This document shows, one piece after another, positions 13,670 through 23,123 of a DNA stretch of 64,000 bases (the first letter of the stretch is position 1; every line of letters starts with the position of its first letter). Position numbers and translations under genes: made by a program. The notes beneath the pieces were generated by a model. It was not told where the DNA came from. It made no database searches and was given only the letters and a program-made list of their open reading frames with translations. The stretch is from Cyanophora paradoxa CCMP329 (taxonomy: Eukaryota; Plantae; Glaucophyta): NCBI GenBank assembly GCA_004431415.1, contig QPMI01000092.1, positions 62,001-126,000 on the forward strand, written 5' to 3'.

Positions 13670-13984
13670 TGTTGTACACCCATGGACCCCGCTTACGGCC
13701 ACTTCGCTTCGCTCCGGGCCGCGGTTCCATGGGTATTTAGCGTCTTCCCCTATCTAGATCGATCTGATTTTGCCGTGCGTGTACCAAAATCGTTTTACAC
13801 GTTTCCCTCTGCTATTACGTGCCGGAGGGCGTGTGCGGGGGTACCTTCGGGGTTGAAAAATAAATTTCGATTTAGCTTCGAGGAGGTAGCTAACGGGAGA
13901 GCCTTTGAGGCTGATTGTGAATTCACTTTAGGGTATGAGCTTAGGCATTCTAGTGTCCACTGAGAGGCCGCACTAGAAATTCCC
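13670..13984 (+). repeat. Left terminal inverted repeat (copy A)
   Basis: Begins TGTTGTACACCCATGG; reverse complement of 55637-55966 apart from a 15 bp indel. Confidence 0.96.
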
Positions 13985-14050
13985 TCACCCCGACCCTTTC
14001 TCAGCTTCTAGCATAGGAGCAGTGATCGCAATTTCATTTCAGAATGTTTT

Positions 14051-15430
14051 CTACTCGTCATCACTCATATAGACTTCAGGGCCCTCCTCTGGGCTGTCTG
14101 GCTCGTTCAAGTCAACCTCCATGTCCCGAGGGATGTTCGCAGAAATGTGCGCGCGAATCATTGCAGTAGCGTCTCTGATGTCCATTCCCTGAACGTTGAA
14201 TTCGACAGGTGCCTGAGCAGCCATCGCAGCTCCATTCTGCGCTTGCATGACATGCCCTCGCACTCTGATGTTGGTCACAACTCGGCGAAAGAATGCATTC
14301 CAAACTTCCTCGGAACGTCTGCTTGTGGAGTTAACTGCTGTGGATTCAGTTACACGTGGAGCGATCTTACCCTGCAGCGCTGGAATATCCATTATATATG
14401 TGTTCGAAACAATGACGATATCGGTTGCGTAACACGGAACCCAGCCGTATAGAATTCGAAGTCGTTTCTTGCCCTTGTTGCACAAGTCGTTGAACATAGC
14501 GATTGCATACTCGCCATAATATTCGTCGAAGCCGAGAATAGGTTGGCCATTGAACTCATCAGTAAATTTTTCGTTGTCGCGAGGATTATTGCTGATCTTC
14601 GGCTTCCAGTAGACAGTGCCAGGCGGAAACATGTTGATAGCTGTGGTTTTACCAGAACCAGGGTCGCCACAAATGAGATGAATTCTTGAGAAATGTAGCT
14701 TGGGCCTGGCCACAGCAAGGCATACTTCTGACAGATAGGATCTGTATCTGAACGCTCTCGATCCGAACTCGTGGATAACTTGTTCGATTGTAGCTTGATT
14801 TTCGACGATGTATTCCGTTATTACGTGCAAGTCGGTTCGCTTCCCTCGGCAACTCAAAATTTGGCCAACCTCCTTAAAGTCGAAAATATCCGAAGTGAAC
14901 GCATAATCACCCCGCATCGACAGCAGGTTAGATCGGCGACCCTGATTCGACTGATAGGGCCATCGAATGTTGAGCCCTGAGTTTATAAACATTTTGGCCA
15001 CACTGCTGAGGCGGTGCTGTTTGTTGAAGTACAGGAAACCCTGGGCAAGTATTAAACTGAGAATGAAGATCAACTTTGCGGGAAATCTGATAAACCGTAC
15101 CTGCAGTAACATAAACCATGGATTTTCTGGATCAATGACTGCAATGAAGCAAGCATAACGGCATTTTCGCCGTGGTTCATTCGTGTTTTTATCGATGATC
15201 GGTTCGCCCGTATCTCTGTTGACAAGAACGCCAAAACGTTCCAGAAATTCTCTATCAAGTTGAGGTCCTCCCCAAAAGTGCTCTTGAGTGTCGGGATTAA
15301 AAATGATGGGCTCACGAATCTCGAAATGGAATACGTTCGACTTGTGTGTTGATTTGCAGTTCGCGGGCGGTATCACCGGCTGAGCGAAGGCCGGTTGCGG
15401 AGGTGCAGCCATAGCCATTGATCTGCGCAT
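14051..15430 (-). CDS. CRESS-virus Rep-like SF3 helicase, two predicted introns (15041-15100, 14319-14370), copy A
   Basis: Walker A GDPGSGKT, Walker B ILGFDEY, motif C IVIVSN, Arg finger AFFRRV, RGKRTDL linker; spliced motif II region LLQGFLYFNK. Confidence 0.88.
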   Translation of the reverse strand: MRRSMAMAAPPQPAFAQPVIPPANCKSTHKSNVFHFEIREPIIFNPDTQEHFWGGPQLDREFLERFGVLVNRDTGEPIIDKNTNEPRRKCRYACFIAVIDPENPWFMLLQVRFIRFPAKLIFILSLILAQGFLYFNKQHRLSSVAKMFINSGLNIRWPYQSNQGRRSNLLSMRGDYAFTSDIFDFKEVGQILSCRGKRTDLHVITEYIVENQATIEQVIHEFGSRAFRYRSYLSEVCLAVARPKLHFSRIHLICGDPGSGKTTAINMFPPGTVYWKPKISNNPRDNEKFTDEFNGQPILGFDEYYGEYAIAMFNDLCNKGKKRLRILYGWVPCYATDIVIVSNTYIMDIPALQGKIAPRVTESTAVNSTSRRSEEVWNAFFRRVVTNIRVRGHVMQAQNGAAMAAQAPVEFNVQGMDIRDATAMIRAHISANIPRDMEVDLNEPDSPEEGPEVYMSDDE

Positions 15431-16557
15431 TAGCGAATTATATTTCAGCGCCAAAAAATAATTACGATCTCAGAGCAATTTATACGAAGGGCCCCGACTG
15501 CGCTGATATTTGCCACTTTTTTGGAATTATTTTAAAAACATTTAAGAAATTATTATTTTCTGTACCCCCTCCGCTTCGCCCCTCCCGCTCGCTTTGGCGC
15601 GCGCGCTCGGCCTGCCGGAAAAAGTGAAGAGCGCACATCTACTCGAGCAGAGAAGTGAAGTATGTTGCAAGTGAAGACTTTTCCGGGCACTGAGGCTTCT
15701 GGATGGCCGGGACGTAGTCAGTTTGAGAGCAGCAAAGGAGTGCACACATTTTGCAGCAGGCAGGCGACGCGCGAGACAGCTCTCTTGCCTGTGTAGGCGC
15801 TAGTGATGATGTTGCGCGGAGCTCCCTCCTGCTTCCACCGCCGAGGTGCGCTGCAAAGACGCGGGTGCGGCTTCTGGGTACAAGATCAAGGCCTTTTGCG
15901 GGTACCAGTGTTCAAAAATTTAAACGCAACTTCATGATTTTCGCCCTTCGAAATTAATAATACTTTGGCCACGGAGATCGCTGTGAAAGTTAATAAATAT
16001 CTGTGAAATGGACATAATTATACTGGAATTGCGATAATTTTCGCATCCTAAAATACCGTTACATTTCCGAAATTGTTCTAGTTTGGGTCAGCCTTGGGAG
16101 CCTCTCAAAGCGCCGGACCGCCGCCGGTTGTTATGTTTTATTAATTATGGGAAATAATTTGGTACCGGGATGCTAGCCATTGGTTAGCAAAGTATTTGTT
16201 TGGCCCAGCCGGCGGCGCCGGCTCTCTTGCGATTTGCCGACGCTAATTCTTAATTAATTAATTCATGTGCCTAGTAGGGTAGCTCGGCTAGAACTAGGTT
16301 ACTAGTAGCCTGAGTGCCAGTGACTCATGATCAGTGACGGTCGCGATCGGACAGTCCGGGAGTACTAGTGCACGTTGCCCGGCGAGTCGGTGTCACAACG
16401 GTAGTCATGTCACGATGCTACTATCATGCTAGTACTACTAGGGCTACGGTACTACGGATTCTTAGTACGGAATACGTAGCCTAACATACGGTGTGGCTCG
16501 AGCCTCGGCCCTCGGAGTGCAGGCCTAGGCCAGCGCTGTGCTGATCATCATGGCATG

Positions 16558-17563
16558 CTTGCAGGTGTCTTTGGGGCCGCATTTTTTCCACCGGTTGGTC
16601 CCCACTTCGAAGACAGATAAAAAACGGTTCATGATCAATCGGTCAACTGCGCATGCCGGCCGGACTCGGGATCTGGAGTCTGCACTGACCGGACTCTGCC
16701 ACTGAGTGCAGTACTAGTTCTACGGAACTTCTACCTATACAAAAAATATTTACTGCTAATTATATATAAGGCCGCTACTAGGCCCGCTAGTACCAGGCTA
16801 CTACCAGCCAACTTGCAAGTGTCTTTAGGGCCGCATTTTTTTCACCGGTTGAGCCTCCACTTCCTAGACAGATAAAAAAAACGGTTCATGGACTAGCCTA
16901 CTAACTCAGTGAGAGCCTGAGACTAGTACTACTACGGTCACCGGGTACTACAAGAAACATACAGATAACTAATTATTATAGGTACCACTACCACCGGTAA
17001 CAGCCTGGCCCGCTGGCCCACTACCGCCCACAGCCTAGTCTCTCTACTAGCTATAGCTAGCTATATAGTGCACAGAGAAGGTAGGACTAATTATTATAAA
17101 AACTTAATAGCTACATAGTGCACATGCAGAGAAGGTAGGACTAATTATTATAAAATATTAATTTTTTTGTAAATCGGCGGCCAGCGTCGGCCACGGCGGC
17201 CTAGTCTCTCTACTAGCTATATATAGTGCACACTGCACAGACAAGGTAGGACTAATTGTTTATATAATAAGACAACATATATATATATATGTGTGTATGT
17301 AGGCTACAGTATAGTCTGTCTTCGAAGTGGAGTCAAACGGGCGAAAAAAAAGCGGCCCTAAAGACAAACAACTTGGAGACTCCTGCGCAGCTGCGCTGCG
17401 AGCCAGCGACTGTGCATGCTGTGCTACCATTAATATTGCAGCGTTAGCAACTTGAACATCTAGGCCTAGCCTCCTAGGCTATAGCTATGTACATATATAT
17501 ATATATATAGTCTGTCTAGGAAGTGGAGGCTCAACCGGTGAAAAAAATGCGACCCTGAAGACA
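16558..17563. repeat. Four ~55-78 bp related repeats (two direct 16558-16633, 16812-16890; two inverted 17315-17366, 17511-17563) around AT/CTAG-rich short repeats and (TA)n
   Basis: Core gtctttagggccgcatttttttcaccggttgagcctccacttcctagacaga; three copies of agaaggtaggactaatt-like motif at ~17075-17255; no ORF from 15960 to 17690. Confidence 0.85.
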
Positions 17564-17703
17564 AGCTCCTAGCAGCTGCTAGCCGCCCGATGGCCTGCTC
17601 GGAGGAGGCTGCTCCTGCCTGGTGCACGACATTCTTTCGTCGTCCTCATTCCTAGGTCTCGCCCTCTAGATCTCGTCCGACATCAGTGAAGGCAGCTGAA
17701 GGG

Positions 17704-18283
17704 ATGGCGCGCGTCAAAGCCACACCCAAGAAGAACACTGCTGGCAAGGCTCCTAGCAAGGAGGCAGTGCTTCGGGCCGAGAATGGTCGCAAAAATGGCT
17801 CAGCTGCAGCCTCTGCGACCAAGCCCGCTCGCTACCGCCCAGGTGCGACCCTTTGCGTCTCTCACGATGCGCAAACACTTAACTGATGTCTGTGCGCGCT
17901 CAGGGACCGTCGCTCTGCGCGAAATCCGGAAGTACCAGAAGACCACTGACCTGCTCATTCGCAAGCTGCCATTCCAGCGGCTGGTCAGGGAGATCGCTCA
18001 GCCATTGAGTAATGACGATCTGCGCTTTCAAGCAAGCTCCATTCTCGCGATTCAGTCAGCGGCGGAGGCCTTCCTGATCAGTCTGTTTGAGGATGCGAAC
18101 CTGTGTGCCATCCACGCCAAGCGTGTGACTCTGATGGTGAAGGACATTCAGCTGGCTCGTCGCATTCGCGGAGAGATCTCGAAGATTGAGAAGTCTCAGC
18201 CTAAGCCTGCAGCTTCGACGTCTCCGGACGTAACCCCTATTACAGCTCTCGCGGCCAATTTAGGTGATCAGCTTCAGCTGTAG
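17704..18283 (+). CDS. H3: Divergent histone H3 with 61-nt intron (17843-17903) and C-terminal extension, copy A
   Basis: [17 protein letters not shown]...[37 protein letters not shown]...[31 protein letters not shown]; GT...CTTAAC...CAG intron splits the Gly codon of RYRPGT. Confidence 0.96.
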
Positions 18284-18381
18284 CTGTGCAAGCCTTAAAG
18301 AAAACGTGATGATAGTTATCAATCAGAGATTGTGCGCGCTGAATTTCGAAAAAGTTTTCTGATTGTATCATTAATCGAAAC

Positions 18382-21300
18382 ATGAGCTCCCGAGCCGTAA
18401 GAAACAACCTTAGAACCGAAATCAATGAGCTTGCACAGAGGCTATATGAGCGAGGCTATATTAATGGCACGTACAGGAACTCGCTAGTGCGTCCTCTAAC
18501 AAACACCAGGACCCACACTGACACACTCCGATCCTCTCTAGCATCACTGCTCAGGCTGCAGGGGACAGAAAGGCCTCAGCGTCCGCTGTACGGGCGAGAC
18601 GTTGCCGCACATTTCGAGAGGGGGCAGGCTGCGCGAGCAGCAGCAACACAGGAGATTGATGACGTTGCGGAAGCTATATCAGGGCTATTCCGCGAGCAGG
18701 CGTCGGCCAACGTTAACGTAGTTCGCACCTATACTCACCACGAGTATCCAGGGCTGCTTTTCACAAAGGACGTGATAGAGATAGAGCCGACAGCTGATCC
18801 AGAGAGAGTGAAAGAATTGACGATAGCGTTTCTGAACGAGCTGCGAGTCCCAGAGAGGATTGGAGCTGCTGTTTTAATTCGCTTTCATTTTGAGAATTTC
18901 CACATGTACCGCACGCAGCTTGCGACCATAGAGGAGGCACAATGCAGTCACTTCTAGCAAATCTCGCGGAGAAGATGGAGAGCTGGATGCTAGCGCAGCA
19001 GCCCTACGAGGACACTGATGTCTGGCCAGTCGTGCAGATCGAGGTGCTTATTGCAGAAAACGCAGCAGGGGCTCTGGGAAATGTACCTAAGCTGCCCTTT
19101 GGAGGGAAGGCCCTAACGATGAACAAGATCTACTGTCCGATCTCTCCAGAGGACAACTGCGTGCTTGAATGCTTTGAGCATGAGAAGCTCAATCCCGGTC
19201 GTCTGAGCCTTGAGAGAGTATACAAGCAGCTTCAGCATGTTGATTACGGTTCGATTCGCACTCAGCTGGGGCTTCCCCGGGGACTAATTGCAGTCGATGA
19301 ACCTACCATACGCAAGCTGAGCCAGCACTATAGAATCGATGCAAGCATTTTCGAGTGGATCTCGGACCGCAGCGCGTCGAAGTTCAAGCTCCTATTTTCA
19401 ACTGAATTTGGCTTTGAACGCCGAGCCCACCTTTGCGTGGTCGATGCTCACTGCTTTCTAATTAAAGATAAGAGAACGTGCGAGATGCAGAAGTGCAGAG
19501 CCTGCGGAAAGATGCAGTATGATTTGGCGACTCACAAGGAAACCTGCCGCTTCTGCTATACCTGCCGCTGCGCCTACAATCCGAAGGAGGACCATGCAAG
19601 CAAATGCGATGAAGCAGTGAGGAACAAGAGCGTTATTGAACGCAAAATCAAGCCATGCGAGCCCGAGGAAGAGTTTACAGCCCTAAACTCAGTCATAGCG
19701 GCAGACTTTGAAACGTTTGCACCCAACCGCACGACCCACGTTCCGTACGCAGTCGATATGGACATAATTAGCAAAGGAGAGATCACGGAAACGAAATCGT
19801 TCTGCGGCCCCGAAACTCTGGAACAGTTTATGCTCTGGCTTGACGACTGGAAAGAAAAGTCGACTCTAGTATTCTTCAATGGCAGCGGCTTCGACTTGAT
19901 ATTTATCTATAAGTGGCTTGTCCAGAACCGCCCAGACTGCCAGGTCAAGGTGATGCGCTCATCCGGAAAGATCAAGAGCATGGAGTGGAAGACGCTGGCC
20001 GGGGGAGAGTTTAAAAGCTTCGATCCCTGCTTGCACATACAGGGCTCACTGCGGCAGGCTGGGAAGGACTACGGGTGCACCACCTTGAAAGGGGATTTTG
20101 ACCACCGAAAGATAAGAGCTTGGGATGACGTTGAGATTCACAAGGAAGCCTGGAGCGAATATTTGAGAGCTGACGTTCGGTCAATGACTGAGCTGTATAT
20201 TAAGTACGCTCGGACATGTTTTGATCTATTTGGGATAAATGTGAATTCGAAGCGCACCTTGACAGCATCGGCGATGGCTTTTCAGATCCACAGGCAGCTA
20301 ATGAAAACGGAAGTGCTGCTACCGAAATACAAGGAGGACCAGATTTTTCGCAAAGCGATTTACGGAGGGCGATGCCTACCATTCAAGCGGAAGTTTGTCT
20401 CGAAGGGTCCAGATGATTACTTGGTAGATCTGGATGTGGTCTCTCTCTATCCGACGGCTATGTACTTTAATTACTTTCCCACTGGTAAATTTAAATGCAT
20501 CACCGATCAAGCGGAGCTAGAGCGATTCCGCAAGTTTATGCTGAGCAGGAAAATGGAACAGCTGTTTGTTGCAAAGATTAGCGCTAAAATTCCTCAGGAT
20601 CTTGTGCTCTCTCCCCTTCCCCGCCACGAAGCCAATCTGGGATGGTCTAACTTGAAGCCTATTGAGAAAGAAATGTACACCTCAGTCGATATCTACCGGG
20701 CGATAGCACTGGGAGTTGAGATCACAGAGCTGCACGAGGTGTACTTGTTTGAGGGCAAGGAACGAATGTTCAAAGATTACATTGAGAAGCTGTACTGCAT
20801 GAAAGCACGCTCACGAAAGGGAACCGCCCAGTATGCTACGGCGAAGATCCTCTTGAATGGGCTCTATGGAAAATTTGCTCAGCGTCCAGTAATTGAGACA
20901 ACCGAGCTGGTCTCAAACTACAGACGATTCAAGGAGATACAGCGATCATCGACGATTACGGACATTGACATAGAGAATGATACGAGAATGTACGTCACAT
21001 TTGAGATCCCTGAGTATAGGCGGGATGCCTGCGTTTCGAAGCCTTGCTTTGTTGGTGCATTTATCCTCTCCTACAGCCGCGAAATCATGGATCGATTTTT
21101 GGTGAGGATGAACTCATATAAGGACGTAGAGGCAATGCCATACTACACAGATACAGATTCTATGATCGTGCACAGGAGGTTTGCTGAGCTTCTGAAGGAC
21201 TGCATGAAGCAGCCATATTCAGTTGAGGAATGTCAGAGGAGGAAGGGAATAGAATGATCTGCGAGAGCGAGCTGGGGAAACTAGATTATGACATCCAAGG

Positions 21301-21753
21301 GAGAATTACTGAGGCTTACTTCATTGGTCCAAAGGTTTATTGCTGCTACTTTGTGAGGTCGAATGGGGAACCAGATCTGCATGTGCGGGCAAAGGGAATT
21401 CCGAAGAGCTGGATAGAGGAGAACTGGCTCCCGAGTGATCCAGTGGCAAAGAAGGAATCCCTTGATAACCGAATTGCTTTGGAGGCCTTCACAAGGATGC
21501 TAGAGGAACGTTATCAGCCGCAGTGCACACTAGATTCTAAACTAGCGCGTGTTTTCAAGCCCAATGGAAAGCAACGCGAGGCTGGGATCGACTTCAGCTC
21601 TATAATTCAGATTCCATTCAGCCGAATACTCAACAAAACGGAGTATACGAAACGAAAGATTATTCCTGACGAATATTACAGCACGGTTCCCATGAATACG
21701 TTCGAGCAACAGGCGGCAGCCAAGAAGGCAACCTTGACTTTGTCGATCTCTGA
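18382..21753 (+). CDS. polB: Protein-primed family B DNA polymerase, copy A (three 1-nt indels)
   Basis: Exo AADFET, FFNGSGFD, YLRADV; pol DVVSLYPTAM, KILLNGLYGKFAQ, YTDTDS; Cys/His zinc-finger-like segment N-terminal to exo. Confidence 0.95.
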
Positions 21754-22909
21754 TGCTTACTATGATCCTGAGACAGGGCTCCAGTCAGCTGCACGGATAG
21801 CTAAGAAGCTGAAGATGCCGCTGGCAAGGGTGCAGGCAGTGCTCGCGAAGCTGTCCACAGCTCAGCGCTTTGCAAAACCGGTGAAAGAGAAGCCGTACAC
21901 CAGTATCACGTATAATCACCCAGAGAAGTATTATGAAGTGGATTTGATCGATGTCAGTCCCTATGCTAGAAGCAACCGCGGAGTGCACTTCATCATGAAC
22001 GCTGTGGATGTTGTAACCCGGAAAGCGTACAGCATTCCAATGAAAAATAAAAGCGAGGGGACCCTGCTTTCGACACTGCGGCAGCTCATAGCAAGCTTTC
22101 CGGTGAAGCCCGATATCATTCAGACGGATCAGGAATTCAAGGCTACAGCTGCAACTATGCTAGCAGCCGAGGGGATAAAGCACAATGCTGTCGAGGCGCA
22201 TCGTCCGCAGGCAAATGGAAAGGTAGAGCGCTTTAATGGTACTCTGAAGCGGATCATTGCAAGATACATGGAGGCGTACGACACCGACCGATATATCGAT
22301 AAGCTGCCATCCTTTCTGCGCAACTATAACAGCTCCGAGCATAGAGCTATTAAAACTACGCCTGATGAGGCAGCAAAGAACCCAGCACCTGTTATTGCAA
22401 GAAACGATTATCAGAGAGAGGCGTACGAGCAGCAGCACTATCTGAAAGAGGCCGAGTTCAAGGTAGGAGACTCTGTGCGCGTAAAGCTGGCGAGGAACAC
22501 GTTTGATAAATCAACGAAGCCGACGTACTCAAAAGAAGTCTATCAGATTGAAGCTATAGGAGGATTTGGCCCTCTGCTCAAGTTCAAGCTTGCTGGATAC
22601 GACAAGGAGGTGAGCTACCAGCAGCTGCTGAAAGTGCCAGCAGAGACAGAGCAGCGGCGGGCTGGAAGTGCTGCACAGAATGCCCTTCGCCGTCGAAAGC
22701 AGGAGCTGAATTTGATGCAAGAGAATCTGGACAAGTCAGACATCGAAAAAAATAAGAGACTTCTCCGGGTTCAAAAGCAGCTGCTTACTGCTGGAACCAA
22801 GGCGTTAAATCCAGGAGGTTCGACAGCTCGGTGGTACACGTCTTTTGAAAATGCGAAGGCCTCTTATTCTGCGCCCAGCAACACGAGGACACTTAGACCG
22901 AGACGCTGA
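21692..22909 (+). CDS. Polinton-type rve (DDE) integrase, copy A
   Basis: YYDPETG, EVDLID, AVDVVTRKA, IQTDQEF, GKVERFNGTLK, YNSSEHRAIKTTP, FKVGDSVR. Confidence 0.95.
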   Translation: MNTFEQQAAAKKATLTLSISDAYYDPETGLQSAARIAKKLKMPLARVQAVLAKLSTAQRFAKPVKEKPYTSITYNHPEKYYEVDLIDVSPYARSNRGVHFIMNAVDVVTRKAYSIPMKNKSEGTLLSTLRQLIASFPVKPDIIQTDQEFKATAATMLAAEGIKHNAVEAHRPQANGKVERFNGTLKRIIARYMEAYDTDRYIDKLPSFLRNYNSSEHRAIKTTPDEAAKNPAPVIARNDYQREAYEQQHYLKEAEFKVGDSVRVKLARNTFDKSTKPTYSKEVYQIEAIGGFGPLLKFKLAGYDKEVSYQQLLKVPAETEQRRAGSAAQNALRRRKQELNLMQENLDKSDIEKNKRLLRVQKQLLTAGTKALNPGGSTARWYTSFENAKASYSAPSNTRTLRPRR

Positions 22910-23123
22910 TTCCAGCGGAAGCTAGGGCACTCTCAAGTACAGAGATTCGATTTATCAACCGAGTGCGATAGCGCTTGTTTGCCTCGTTGTGAGCATCTTT
23001 GTGCGAAGCCTGATATCTGCTGCTCTGCTCAATGTGTCTCTGGCGATATGCAGGGTCCTCGCTGTATTTTCTGCGGTGGTACTCTGCTTTCTTCTCCCTT
23101 CTTGCTTGAATAATCTCTGGCGT

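Larger units (their letters stand above)
6228..23123. repeat. ~16.9 kb tandem duplication, copy A (retroelement segment + left half of virus)
   Basis: Near-identical to 23124-40046 at an offset of ~16920; differences seen are 1-nt indels in G/C runs. Confidence 0.97.
13670..23123. mobile_element. Partial duplicate (left 9.45 kb) of the Polinton-like virus
   Basis: Left TIR, Rep-like, non-coding block, H3, PolB, integrase; truncated inside the bZIP-like gene. Confidence 0.93.

Noticed and set aside
13808-13820. CRESS nonanucleotide origin
   Set aside because: TGCTATTAC does not match NANTATTAC, it is not centred in a perfect stem, and the Rep nickase motifs look degenerate.
13682-13963. 93 aa ORF within TIRs (also 30604..30885, 55673..55954)
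   Set aside because: Repeats only because the TIR repeats; no motif and overlaps structured terminal DNA.
17704-18283. CenH3 assignment
   Set aside because: Retains H3-type Q68 and F84 and an alignable tail; loop 1 is only one residue longer. T107 is changed, but overall this fits a divergent H3 better.
21230-22909. Apparent PolB-integrase fusion ORF
   Set aside because: Depends on CCC at ~21690; copy B has CCCC, giving the expected PolB terminus (TVPHEY) and a separate overlapping integrase ATG. Likely a deletion error.
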